Assembly (NCBI GenBank): GCA_963768675.1 | Contig: CAVYIV010000016.1 | Coordinates: forward strand, 152,150-216,149 | Origin: an uncultured Chloroflexia bacterium | Lineage (GTDB): Bacteria; Chloroflexota; Limnocylindria; Limnocylindrales; CSP1-4 | Reading direction: 5' to 3' | Length of the DNA stretch: 64,000 bases | In this document: positions 32,048 through 40,666 of the stretch, piece after piece | Numbering within the stretch: the first letter of the stretch is position 1 | How the letters are laid out: every line of letters starts with the position of its first letter | The notes under the pieces: model-generated | The model's input: only the letters and a program-made list of their open reading frames with translations | Databases searched by the model: none | What the model was told of the DNA's origin: nothing | Position numbers and translations under genes: made by a program

Positions 32048-33558
32048 CGGACGCGCTCCGTGGCCGTCTCGGCGATCCGGACCAGCTCGTCGGCTAGGAC
32101 GGGGTCGAGCGGCGCGCCCGGCGCCGTCGCGAGCAACTCGAGCGCACGGTCGTGGGCCCGCTCCCGGGCATCCACCCGCGGCGTGCCATCGGGCGAGGGC
32201 GGGCGGCGGTCGACGAGCGCGGGGCTCCAGCGCTCGCGCATGTGGCGGCGGGTGTGGGGCTCGGAGAGGAAGTCGCCCCCCGGCCCGACATCCCGGATGA
32301 CCTCGATGGCCAGCGACTCGTCGTCGACCGTGATGCCCTTGCAGACCCCGCGGACCAGCCCCAGGATCTCGGCGTCGAGCAGGAGCTGCTCGTACGACCA
32401 GATCCGGCTGCCGGCCAGCAGGCCCATGCCGAGGAGCATGTCGGCCCTGCCGACGCAGGCGGCGAGCGCGGCGAGACCGTTCTCCAGGCCGGCCCGCCAG
32501 TCCGGCACGTGCGCGCCGGTCGCGAAGGCGCCCATCGAGAGCGGCACATGGTAGTAATCGGCCAGCTCGCCGGACGCCATCCCGAACAGGACGTCCTCTG
32601 GCCCGCCGCCGGTGTAGGCGCCGGTCCGCAGGTCCATGGCCGTCTGGGCCGCGGCGTAGTAGACGGGCGCCCCCGGCGACGCGAGCTGGATGAGCGCCAG
32701 CGCGGAGAGGACCTCCGCGTTCCCGATCGCCAGCGTGCCGGCCAGCGTTGCCGGCCCCGTGTGTGCGCAGGACGCCATGGTCATGAAGCCGGTGGGAATC
32801 CCGGCTTCCGCAGCGACGAGCGCGGCGTCCAGCGCGCCGCCCTCGTGGGCGAGCGGGCTGATCGTGCAGAAGGTCAGCGAGATCGGCGGCCGGGCCCGTA
32901 CCGCAGCCGCGCTGCCGGAGATCGCGAGCGCGATCTCGACGGCGACCGCCGCCTCGTGAGCGTGCATGACGGTCTCGGTCTGGACGTGCTTCGAGGTGAT
33001 GCTCAAGGCAGCGGCCAGCTCGCGCAGCGGCCGCGTCTCGGCCGGGATGTCCTGCGCCGAGACCGGCATCCAGACGAAGCCGACGTCGGGCAGCTCCTCC
33101 GCCACGCGAGCGATGGAGCTGACATCTGCGAGCGTCGAACGACGCCGCTCGCCGGTGACCGGGTCCGCGACCTCGACGCCGCAGCCGTCGGTAGCGGCCC
33201 AGACATGGTGGCCGTCGAGGGGAAGATCGCGCTCCGTCTCCCGGCCGGCGAGCGTGAACGCCGCCGGGGCACTGCGGAGCGCCGCCTCGACGACGTGCCC
33301 GGGGACGCGCACGATCCCGGTGCCCGGGTCGACCTGGGCACCGTGATCGGCCCAGATCGCCTGGGCCCGGGCGGACGGGAAGCGCACGCCGACCGTCTCG
33401 ATCAGCTCGAGCGTCGCGGCGTGGACGCGCTCGATGGCGGCGGGATCGAGCACCTGGATCCGGATCGCGGGGTCGACGAGCGTTGCCAGCGGCCGGCGCG
33501 TGGTCGGCGCGGGCGGCTGGGTGGGCGCGATTGTGGCCATCGTTGCACCCGGGCTCAC
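32044..33558 (-). CDS. MttB-family corrinoid methyltransferase, non-Pyl, paralog 2
   Basis: Intact 504-aa ORF. LDPAAIERVHAATLELIETVGVRF...YYAAAQTAMDLRTGAYTGGGPE...SYEQLLLDAEILG is collinear with the other two paralogs. GTG 33558 overlaps the corrinoid-protein stop; the alternative start is ATG 33540. Confidence 0.85.
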   Translation of the reverse strand: MSPGATMATIAPTQPPAPTTRRPLATLVDPAIRIQVLDPAAIERVHAATLELIETVGVRFPSARAQAIWADHGAQVDPGTGIVRVPGHVVEAALRSAPAAFTLAGRETERDLPLDGHHVWAATDGCGVEVADPVTGERRRSTLADVSSIARVAEELPDVGFVWMPVSAQDIPAETRPLRELAAALSITSKHVQTETVMHAHEAAVAVEIALAISGSAAAVRARPPISLTFCTISPLAHEGGALDAALVAAEAGIPTGFMTMASCAHTGPATLAGTLAIGNAEVLSALALIQLASPGAPVYYAAAQTAMDLRTGAYTGGGPEDVLFGMASGELADYYHVPLSMGAFATGAHVPDWRAGLENGLAALAACVGRADMLLGMGLLAGSRIWSYEQLLLDAEILGLVRGVCKGITVDDESLAIEVIRDVGPGGDFLSEPHTRRHMRERWSPALVDRRPPSPDGTPRVDARERAHDRALELLATAPGAPLDPVLADELVRIAETATERVR

Positions 33559-34208
33559 GCCTGCACGCCGACGAGCCGGCGAGCGGTGTCGACGGCTGCG
33601 ATCGCGTCCTCGGCATACGCGTCGGCGCCGATCTCCTCGGCCCAGGCGCGCGTGACCGGGGCGCCGCCGACCATCACCTTGACGCGTGGCCGCAGGCCGG
33701 CCGCGCCGAGCGCCTCGACAACCGCGCGCTGCCCGGTCATCGTGGTCGTGAGGAGGGCGGAGACACCGACAAGGCCTGCGTTGACCTCCGCGGCCTTGGC
33801 CGCGAACGCCGCCGGAGCCACGTCGACGCCGAGGTCGTAGACCTCGAAGCCGTTAGCCGACAGCAGCGTTGCCACGAGGTTCTTGCCGATCTCGTGGATG
33901 TCACCGGCCACCGTGCCGAGCACGACGCGGCCCGCCGACGCGCGCCGCTCACCGCCCGCCGTGAGGGCCGGCTCGATCACCCGCATCGCGGCCTGCATCG
34001 CCCGCGCCGCGAGCATCAGGTCGGGCAGGAACAGGTCTCCGTTCGAGAACCCCTCCCCGACCTCCCGCAGTGCCGGCATCGCCGCCTCGTCAATCAGTCG
34101 CAGCGGCGGGACCCCCTCGGCAAGCGCCTGCCGGGCGGCCGCCTCGGCCGCCGCGGGCTCGCCGTCCGTGACGGCCTGGCGCAGAAGGGCGAACGTCGTC
34201 TCGTCCAT
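33555..34208 (-). CDS. cobalamin-binding corrinoid protein (MtbC/MtgC-like)
   Basis: N-terminal helical cap (LFLPDLMLAARAM) plus a B12-binding Rossmann domain with the DxHxxG motif (GDIHEIGKN) and SALLTTTM...VMVGGAP. Start MDETTFALL at ATG 34208. Confidence 0.85.
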   Translation of the reverse strand: MDETTFALLRQAVTDGEPAAAEAAARQALAEGVPPLRLIDEAAMPALREVGEGFSNGDLFLPDLMLAARAMQAAMRVIEPALTAGGERRASAGRVVLGTVAGDIHEIGKNLVATLLSANGFEVYDLGVDVAPAAFAAKAAEVNAGLVGVSALLTTTMTGQRAVVEALGAAGLRPRVKVMVGGAPVTRAWAEEIGADAYAEDAIAAVDTARRLVGVQA

Positions 34209-34294
34209 GAAACACCTCTCGCCGCGTTGCGCGGCGACTCCCCGACACGTACCGCCTCCCGGGGGATGCGGCCTCATCTCTTGGCGCGTCGCCC

Positions 34295-35785
34295 TCAGAG
34301 GCCGGCCCGGGCTTCGGCGCGGGCCACAATCTCGCGGAGCTCGGCTGCGGCGTCATCCGGGAGCGGCAGCGGGACCCGGTTGGCGGCAAGGATCGCGTCC
34401 GCTCGGTCGGCGGCGCGGGCGGCCAGCGCCCGGCCACCCGCGTTGGCCCATGCGCCCCGCGAGCGCCGATCGAACAGCGTCGGGTACCAGCGCGAGCGGT
34501 AGTGAGCCAGGGTATGGTCGGATTCGAGGAAGGAGCCCTCGACCCCGAGCTCGTCGACGAGGTCGAGCGCGAAGGCGTCGTCAGAGAGGTCGACCGGCGC
34601 GGTGGCGGCGCGGGTCCAGCCAACGATCTCGTCGCAGATCGCGAGCTGCGCCAGCGACCCGGCGAGCCCCGACTCGAGGTAGCCGCTGTCGTGCGTGACC
34701 TGACCCGCAGCGAGCGCGTCGAGCAGGATGGCCGCGGCGGCCTCGGCGGCGGCCTGGCCGTCGACGATCTTCGAATCCGCGCCCCCGCCGAGGCTGAACA
34801 TCGGGAACCCCAGGTGGTGGGCCAGCGCCTCCGCAGCACCCTTCGGGTCGGGGCCCACGTAGGGGTCGACCGTCGTGCGCAGATCAAGGGCATCGCCGCC
34901 AAAGCCGGGCACGACAACCGGCGCGCCCTCGCGCACGAGCTGCGCGATCACGATCCCAGCGAGCACGCCCGCGTGGTTGACTGCGAGCGTCCCGGCGAGC
35001 GTGACCGGCCCGGTCGTGCCGCCCGAGGTGACCGGGATCCAGAGCGCCGGGAGCCCGCGCTCGGCGAGGAAGAGGAGCCGGCCGACCGCGTCCTCGTCGA
35101 GGAGGAGCCCGCGCGTCACGTTGATGTACCAGCCGATCGTCGGGCGCGCCGCCTGCTCTCCGGCGCCGCCGGAGACGGCCGCGGCCATCGCGAGGACGTC
35201 CTTGAGCCCGTCGAGCTCGTACGTCACGACGATCAGCGGCTTCGTCGTCCCGGTCAGCATCGCGACGGCCTGGTGGCGATCGGCGACCCGCCCATCGACA
35301 TCCGAGGGCAGGAACATGGACATGGCGAAGGCCATGTTCGGGAGCGCATCGACCAGGGCAATGCCGGCGCGGACGTCGGCAAGCGTGGCGAGGCGCCGCT
35401 CGCCCGTCCGCCCGTCGACGATGTTGGGGCAGTCCGAGCCAGGCCCGAACCAGGCCGTCTCGCCTCCCCAGGCGATCGCCGGCCGGCCCGACCGGTCGTG
35501 CAGGGTGAGCGACTTCGGCGTGACGGCGAGCCCCTCGGCCACGAGCCGCGCCGGGATGCGCACGCGATCGGCCTCGTCGACGCGCGCGCCGGCGGCCGCC
35601 AGCAGGCGCCGCGCCTCCGGGTGGTCGACCCGGACGCCCGTTCGCTCGAGGATCGCGCAGGCCGCTGCCTGGATGCTCGCGCAGCCTTCCTCGCTCAGTC
35701 GCGTCCAGCGGCCGGCGCCGGGCGTGATTGCCGCCGGACCGGACCACTCGTCGGTGCGCACGCGAGCAGTATCCTTTATCGGCAT
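34295..35785 (-). CDS. MttB-family corrinoid methyltransferase, non-Pyl, paralog 3 (first gene of the operon)
   Basis: From MPIKDTARVRTDEWSG (ATG 35785): LSEEGCASIQAAACAILERTGVRV...GFGGDALDLRTTVDPYVGPDP...GSLAQLAICDEIVG, collinear with paralogs 1 and 2. The 81 codons upstream in ORF 34295..36028 run antisense into the integrase gene and are not coding. Confidence 0.85.
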   Translation of the reverse strand: MPIKDTARVRTDEWSGPAAITPGAGRWTRLSEEGCASIQAAACAILERTGVRVDHPEARRLLAAAGARVDEADRVRIPARLVAEGLAVTPKSLTLHDRSGRPAIAWGGETAWFGPGSDCPNIVDGRTGERRLATLADVRAGIALVDALPNMAFAMSMFLPSDVDGRVADRHQAVAMLTGTTKPLIVVTYELDGLKDVLAMAAAVSGGAGEQAARPTIGWYINVTRGLLLDEDAVGRLLFLAERGLPALWIPVTSGGTTGPVTLAGTLAVNHAGVLAGIVIAQLVREGAPVVVPGFGGDALDLRTTVDPYVGPDPKGAAEALAHHLGFPMFSLGGGADSKIVDGQAAAEAAAAILLDALAAGQVTHDSGYLESGLAGSLAQLAICDEIVGWTRAATAPVDLSDDAFALDLVDELGVEGSFLESDHTLAHYRSRWYPTLFDRRSRGAWANAGGRALAARAADRADAILAANRVPLPLPDDAAAELREIVARAEARAGL

Positions 35786-35837
35786 AGTACACTCACCGAA
35801 ACGAGGCTCACGAGGCCGAAGGATTGGAGCACCAGCC

Positions 35838-37208
35838 ATGATGCCACGCGCCGAGAACCACGGGCGGGCCGTCGAGTACCTACGCCGCAGCGTGGAGCGC
35901 GACAAGAGTGCCGATAAGGACCGCGGCGCCGGCCAGCGTGCCGCCAACGCCGCCCAGGCCGCCCGCGATGGCGTGATCATTGCGCGGTCCTTCGATGGTG
36001 ATTGGGGCATCTCCGGCGGCCGTGGCAAGCGCGAGTACCGGCACGCGATGGCCGAGCTAATCGACGCGATCCGCGCCGGCGAAGTCTCCCGCGTCTACTG
36101 CCACACGACCGACCGACTGGCCCGCGACGTCGAGTACGGCATGGCCCTCTGGAACGCCTGCAAGGACGCCGGCACGATCCTCCGCCCTGGCTCGCAGACG
36201 TTCGACCCCCAAGAGCCCGGATACCTAACCCTCTGGACCGTGCTACTCGCTCAGGCCGAAGAAGACCTCGACCGGATGACTAGGAAGAACCACGACCAGA
36301 TCGACTACGGGCGCGACCACGCCCTGACCTGTCCGCTCCCCGGCCGCCCGCACCTTGGCCGATGCCATCTCGTCGGATGCACCGACAAGACCCATTGCAG
36401 CCTAAGCCATGAGCGCGGCCGGAAGCCCTACGGCACCATGCCGGAGGAGGACGCCGCCGCCGTCGTGACCGCCTTCCTCGAAGCCGGCAGCCTGAACGGC
36501 GCTGCCCGCATCTTGAACGACCGCGGCGTACCAACCAAGACGCCCGGCGGACGCTGGTCGGCCCGGACAATCAAGGCCGTCGTGGAGCGGACCACCCCCG
36601 GAACGGTCCCCTACGGTGGCCGGAGAGGAGCGCGCACCGTCGCCCGGCGAGCCCTTGCCGGGCTCCTGCATTGTGGCGGGACCGTCGCGGGAGGCGCGAC
36701 GTGCGGCCACGTCCTGACCTCTAAGCCGCGCCCAGCTGCCACGCGACGCGACGGGACGCCGCGCCAAGCCATAACGCAGTGGATTTGCCCCGACGTCGTA
36801 AACACCACCACGCACAGCAGGCCCCAGGGGATCAGCGAGGCCCGGCTACTCCCGGCGATCATGGCCGAGAGCCTGCATTACCGGGCCCCGGCCGACGAGT
36901 TCACCGCGGCCGAGCGTACGAGCCAGCGCGACAAGCTCACAGCCGACCTTGCCCGCGTGCAACGACTCGCGATCTCTGGCGTACTGGACGAAGACCAGGC
37001 CGCGGCCGAGGCCAAGTCGATCCGGGCCCAGCTCGCCGCCCTCGACCACGCGGCAGCGCCAGTCGCGATACCCCAGGCGATCTCCTGGAGCGCCCCGGCC
37101 GCAGAGCTCAATGGATGGCTGCGTGCTCTGTGGCCCGAGGGTATCGAGCTCGACAGCAACCTCCTACCCGTCCGGTACTCATGGCTCCCGGGATGGCGCC
37201 GTGACTAG
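35838..37208 (+). CDS. large serine recombinase (integrase)
   Basis: N-terminal resolvase-type catalytic domain (AVEYLRRSVERD with candidate nucleophile Ser; TDRLARDVEYGMALW), a recombinase domain (GRKPYG...GSLNGAARILNDRGVPTKTPGGRWSARTIKAVV), a Cys-rich zinc-ribbon region (LLHCGG...TCGHVL...WICP) and a C-terminal coiled coil (RDKLTADLARVQRL...AAEAKSIRAQLAAL). Start ATG 35838 follows GGAG. Confidence 0.85.
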   Translation: MMPRAENHGRAVEYLRRSVERDKSADKDRGAGQRAANAAQAARDGVIIARSFDGDWGISGGRGKREYRHAMAELIDAIRAGEVSRVYCHTTDRLARDVEYGMALWNACKDAGTILRPGSQTFDPQEPGYLTLWTVLLAQAEEDLDRMTRKNHDQIDYGRDHALTCPLPGRPHLGRCHLVGCTDKTHCSLSHERGRKPYGTMPEEDAAAVVTAFLEAGSLNGAARILNDRGVPTKTPGGRWSARTIKAVVERTTPGTVPYGGRRGARTVARRALAGLLHCGGTVAGGATCGHVLTSKPRPAATRRDGTPRQAITQWICPDVVNTTTHSRPQGISEARLLPAIMAESLHYRAPADEFTAAERTSQRDKLTADLARVQRLAISGVLDEDQAAAEAKSIRAQLAALDHAAAPVAIPQAISWSAPAAELNGWLRALWPEGIELDSNLLPVRYSWLPGWRRD

Positions 37209-37361
37209 ACAGCGCCCGCGCCTCTGGATCAAACGGCCCGGCCCACCAGCCGGGCCGTTCCACGTCCCGGGATCGCACGCCCAGGGTAGGCAGAGACGAC
37301 GCCACGCGTAGCCGGAGCATACGCTACACGTATACCACCCCTAGGGTCACAGGCGCCGCAT

Positions 37362-37379
37362 ACCACAAGATGTTGTGGT
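37362..37379. promoter_or_regulatory. inverted repeat ACCACAA-GATG-TTGTGGT (operator-like) abutting the -35 box
   Basis: Perfect 7-bp arms, 8 nt upstream of the TTGACA at 37387. A second palindrome GCGTCAC-AG-GTGACGC lies at 37464-37479, and a GTCACAGG half-copy at 37346-37353. Confidence 0.35.
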
Positions 37380-37386
37380 TCCCGCA

Positions 37387-37415
37387 TTGACAGAGGCTTG
37401 CTCCCGCGGTACATT
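37387..37415 (+). promoter_or_regulatory. sigma-70/SigA-type promoter (TTGACA-17 nt-TACATT) for the rightward ORF chain
   Basis: Exact -35 consensus TTGACA (37387-37392), a 17-nt spacer and -10 TACATT (37410-37415). It lies in the 560-nt gap after the integrase gene in otherwise very G+C-rich DNA. Confidence 0.5.
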
Positions 37416-37557
37416 GGGCCCGCAGTAGGGAAGCCGGCAGCCGCGAAAGCCCGGTAGCTCCCAGCGTCACAGGTGACGCGCTCCGGGGCCGCGAGGCCGG
37501 AGCCACTTTCGCAGCCACGGCGCGACCCGCGCCGCCAGCTCGAAAGCAGGCGCACTC

Positions 37558-37761
37558 GTGACCTCCGCACCCGCAGAACCCACCTTCGGCGCCCACATGG
37601 GGCCCAGCGCGGCCGGCAGGATCGGCAGCGCAAAACGGTGGGGCCCTCCCCGCAGGATCAACCTCCGAGACATGGACGAGGCCGGCCGCCGGATCGTGCT
37701 AGCCAGCGTCGCCGCCGTCCGCGCAGAGCACGCGCGAGACACCGCCGCGGCCCAGAAGTAG
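37558..37761 (+). CDS. hypothetical small protein (weak call)
   Basis: 67-aa ORF downstream of the promoter and the only +strand ORF before the coupled chain. No clear SD; internal starts at 37600 and 37669 are possible. Confidence 0.25.
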   Translation: MTSAPAEPTFGAHMGPSAAGRIGSAKRWGPPRRINLRDMDEAGRRIVLASVAAVRAEHARDTAAAQK

Positions 37762-37770
37762 GCCGGCGCC

Positions 37771-38454
37771 GTGACCCGCGGAGAAGGCTTGCAGCGAGCC
37801 GATATCGACTCGTCTCTACTCACCGACCCGAAGCTACGCCGACTCCGGCGCCAGCTCCCGGACGCCGCCCAGATGGCCCGCGCCGTGGTCCTGTACCTCG
37901 CAGCCCTCCTCGACTCGTGGAGGACCGGAGAGCGAGTCTCCGCGGAGGACGCGGCCCCCGAATGGATCGAGGCCGACGCCGGCACGCTCGCCGCGCTCGT
38001 GGCCGCCGATCTCCTCGACAACGAGTACCGCGTCCCGCTCCACGCCTGGACCGCGTGGCACGACCCCGCCGTGCAGCGCATCTCCCAGAACCGCGAGAAG
38101 GCCCAGCTAGGAGGACTCCGCGCCCGCGGGGCCCGGACCCGCGACGAGGCCGAGGCTATGCGCGCAGCCCTCAACAGCCCAGCTATCAGCCCAGCTATCA
38201 GCGCCACTGATACACCAGCCAGCCAGCCAGCCACACCTACAGGGCCCAGCCAGCCGCTAGGAGTAGAGAACACTCCGCCGGCCGGAGCGAAGACACGAAC
38301 CGCGAAGCCCTCAGATGACGACGAACGACGCCGAGAGGCCGCGGCAGCCCACGCCTACGAGCTCGACGCGAAGTACCGGCCCAGCATCCCGACCGACCCG
38401 CGCCCCCTTCGGGACATCGTGGCCCAGCTCGCCCAGACAGGAGCGCCAGCATGA
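37771..38454 (+). CDS. hypothetical element protein (helical N-domain, low-complexity linker, acidic C-terminus)
   Basis: First ORF of a chain linked by ATGA/GTGA overlaps. The N-terminal part (DSSLLTDPKLRRLRRQLPDAAQMARAVVLYLAALLDSWRTGERV) faintly resembles phage replisome-organiser/DUF1376-type N-domains, but this is not established. It contains in-frame tandem repeats (PAIS x2). Confidence 0.55.
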   Translation: MTRGEGLQRADIDSSLLTDPKLRRLRRQLPDAAQMARAVVLYLAALLDSWRTGERVSAEDAAPEWIEADAGTLAALVAADLLDNEYRVPLHAWTAWHDPAVQRISQNREKAQLGGLRARGARTRDEAEAMRAALNSPAISPAISATDTPASQPATPTGPSQPLGVENTPPAGAKTRTAKPSDDDERRREAAAAHAYELDAKYRPSIPTDPRPLRDIVAQLAQTGAPA

Positions 38455-38666
38455 CCGACCCCGAAGACCTCGAACACCGACGCCGCCGGCACGAGCGGCT
38501 AGACGGTACGGGCAGCCCGACCCACAACGGCGCCGAGCTCCGCCGACGCGAACGCTTCGACGTGGCCCGCAGGATCGACCGGCGCGAGCTCAAACGCTGG
38601 ACGCTCGAACGCTTGCAGGCGATGGAGCGCCGCATTGACACCCTCGAACGGGAGGCCCGGCCGTGA
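38451..38666 (+). CDS. hypothetical small coiled-coil protein
   Basis: ATGA overlap with the upstream stop, with AGGAG 6 nt upstream. Arg/Glu-rich helical sequence. Confidence 0.5.
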   Translation: MTDPEDLEHRRRRHERLDGTGSPTHNGAELRRRERFDVARRIDRRELKRWTLERLQAMERRIDTLEREARP

Positions 38667-39256
38667 GCATGGCGGCCGGAGGCGCCCGGCCCGCGACCAT
38701 GCCCGAGCTCATGACCGCGCACACGCCGGAGCCGCCTAGCGCCGCCGATGCGCTCAGGAGAGCCAGCCGCCGGCACCGCGCCGCTATCGAGCGCCTAGAG
38801 CGTGCCCGGGATGCGACCACGGCCGCGCTCGCAGCGAACGAGGAGCCGACGCCGGGCAGCTCACGCCAAGCGAACAGCGCCCGTATCGCCCTCGACGCCG
38901 CGCTAGCCGAAGTCTCCGAAGCCAGCGCCGCGCTCGTGGAAGCATGGCGCCGCCGCGCCCAGGCCGGCCCAGAACAAGCCGGGCCCGAACAGCTCGCAGA
39001 GGCCCGCGAGCTCCAGGCCCAGGGTGCCCAGCTCGCCGGCCGGACCCGCGCCTACCTCCGAGCCATCCTCGAAGACGGGCGAGAGCTCGACGCCGAAGCG
39101 CGCGAATGGCGCGCGGCAGCGTCCGACTTCCAAGCCGCCAACGCGCTACGCATAGACCGGAGCGCGGTCGAACCCCTCGCAGACCTCGCAGCGTGGACGA
39201 CGCTAGCCGCCGCCGTCCGGTCCGCGCTGGACTACCTCCCGGAGCCGAGACGGTGA
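38663..39256 (+). CDS. hypothetical Ala/Glu-rich helical protein
   Basis: GTGA overlap with the upstream stop, with GGGAGG 7 nt upstream. Contains the in-frame repeat GPEQAGPEQ. Confidence 0.5.
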   Translation: MSMAAGGARPATMPELMTAHTPEPPSAADALRRASRRHRAAIERLERARDATTAALAANEEPTPGSSRQANSARIALDAALAEVSEASAALVEAWRRRAQAGPEQAGPEQLAEARELQAQGAQLAGRTRAYLRAILEDGRELDAEAREWRAAASDFQAANALRIDRSAVEPLADLAAWTTLAAAVRSALDYLPEPRR

Positions 39257-39588
39257 CCCACACAGCCGCTCACAGACTGCTAGAGCTCGCCCGGAAGCGA
39301 GCCTTGACCCACACGTCACCAACGCCGGCACCAACGCCGGCACCAACGCCACCAACGCCGCCGGCCCGTGAATACCTCGAACCGCGCGACCTCCCAAACG
39401 ACGACCTCTTGTGGCACTCATGGCGGGCCCAGGAGGCGACGAGACGACTACAGGAGGCCGCCGGGCAGACGCCGGACGCCGTGTATTCGCCGCCGGCCCG
39501 CCTATCGGCCGAGGAGCGCCGCGCCGCCCTCGAACGTCTCCGGGCAGCCAACCGCTACCCAGGCGACCACGAGGAGGCCGACGAATGA
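39253..39588 (+). CDS. hypothetical protein with TPAP repeat
   Basis: GTGA overlap with the upstream stop. 12-nt tandem repeat CACCAACGCCGG (39317-39362) encodes (TPAP)n. In frame within ORF 38944..39588. Confidence 0.5.
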   Translation: MTHTAAHRLLELARKRALTHTSPTPAPTPAPTPPTPPAREYLEPRDLPNDDLLWHSWRAQEATRRLQEAAGQTPDAVYSPPARLSAEERRAALERLRAANRYPGDHEEADE

Positions 39589-39950
39589 GAGCCGCCCACG
39601 TCGAGCCGCCCAGCCTCAGATGCGGACAGCTCCACGACCCACGCCTAGCCGCCGGCCGACTCTCGCAGACGTGCCCCCGGTGCGGGCGGTCGGAGGCCGC
39701 GCACTGGTATTGCTCCTGGTGCGTCCGGCCGATGACGCCGGCCAACTGGTACGAAGACAAGCGCGGCAGCGACGAGGCCGCCCGCCGTATGCCGAAGACC
39801 GCACCGGCCGACCCGCCGACCGAGCTACGCGAGCACTGGCCGCCGTCGTGGGGCCCGAAACCCCGCCAGAAGGCCGCCAGCGCCCCCCAGGAGGCCGCAG
39901 ACACCCCGGAACCCCTAAACGTGGCCCAGAACACCACCGCAGCAGCGTAG
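39585..39950 (+). CDS. hypothetical zinc-ribbon protein
   Basis: ATGA overlap with the upstream stop. CPRC-x9-CSWC four-Cys motif (TCPRCGRSEAAHWYCSWC). Confidence 0.5.
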   Translation: MRAAHVEPPSLRCGQLHDPRLAAGRLSQTCPRCGRSEAAHWYCSWCVRPMTPANWYEDKRGSDEAARRMPKTAPADPPTELREHWPPSWGPKPRQKAASAPQEAADTPEPLNVAQNTTAAA

Positions 39951-39964
39951 AGAGGATCGCCAGC

Positions 39965-40666
39965 ATGACAACGCTCTATGTCTTCAGGACCGCCGAGGCG
40001 CCGTCGCTCACCGTCGGCCCAGGACTCCGAGGCGACGACGCGACCACAGTGCAGTTTGTCCCGGGCCCGGACGGGGCAGGGTACGCCGAGATCAGCTCAG
40101 ACGACCCGAACCTAGCGCGCAAGCTCGCATGGATCACGAGCGCCCGGAACCTGTACCGGATCGAGGCAGTAGAGGCCGACTCCCGGCCGACGCCCGACGC
40201 CACCCTCTGCGACATGGAATGGTGCCCGGTCGGGATGGATCAACGGGCCGGCAGGGTCCCGCACGTGGCAGCGCCACATGATGCGCCACGCCCCGGGAGG
40301 CGACCTCCCCAAGCCCCGCGCGAACGTGACCACGAGCGGCCCGGAGTTTGCCCGATGAGCCCGCAGCCCTTCGACCGCCACCAACTAGGCCGCTACCTCG
40401 AAGCGAAGCTAGCCGGCCGTGAGCCCGAGCCGATCCCGGGCCCGGCCCCGACGCAGACGCTCGCAGACGTGGCGCGCAACGCCATCCGAGCCAGCGACCA
40501 GGAGGAGGGAACCCCCAACGACACCACATCCCGCCGCGCGTTCCTGTCTCTAGGAGTCTCCGGCCGGGAGGCTCTGGCCGACGAGAACAACCCCAACCAC
40601 GAGGCCGCAGCCGAGCTCTACGCGAAGTTGGCCGAGCTCGAACGCAGGAAGGACCGGAGCGCATGA
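39965..40666 (+). CDS. hypothetical protein
   Basis: ATG 39965 lies 14 nt after the previous stop, preceded by GAGAGGA (MTTLYVFRTAEAPSLTV...). 233 aa, the largest product of the chain, with no recognisable motif. Confidence 0.5.
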   Translation: MTTLYVFRTAEAPSLTVGPGLRGDDATTVQFVPGPDGAGYAEISSDDPNLARKLAWITSARNLYRIEAVEADSRPTPDATLCDMEWCPVGMDQRAGRVPHVAAPHDAPRPGRRPPQAPRERDHERPGVCPMSPQPFDRHQLGRYLEAKLAGREPEPIPGPAPTQTLADVARNAIRASDQEEGTPNDTTSRRAFLSLGVSGREALADENNPNHEAAAELYAKLAELERRKDRSA

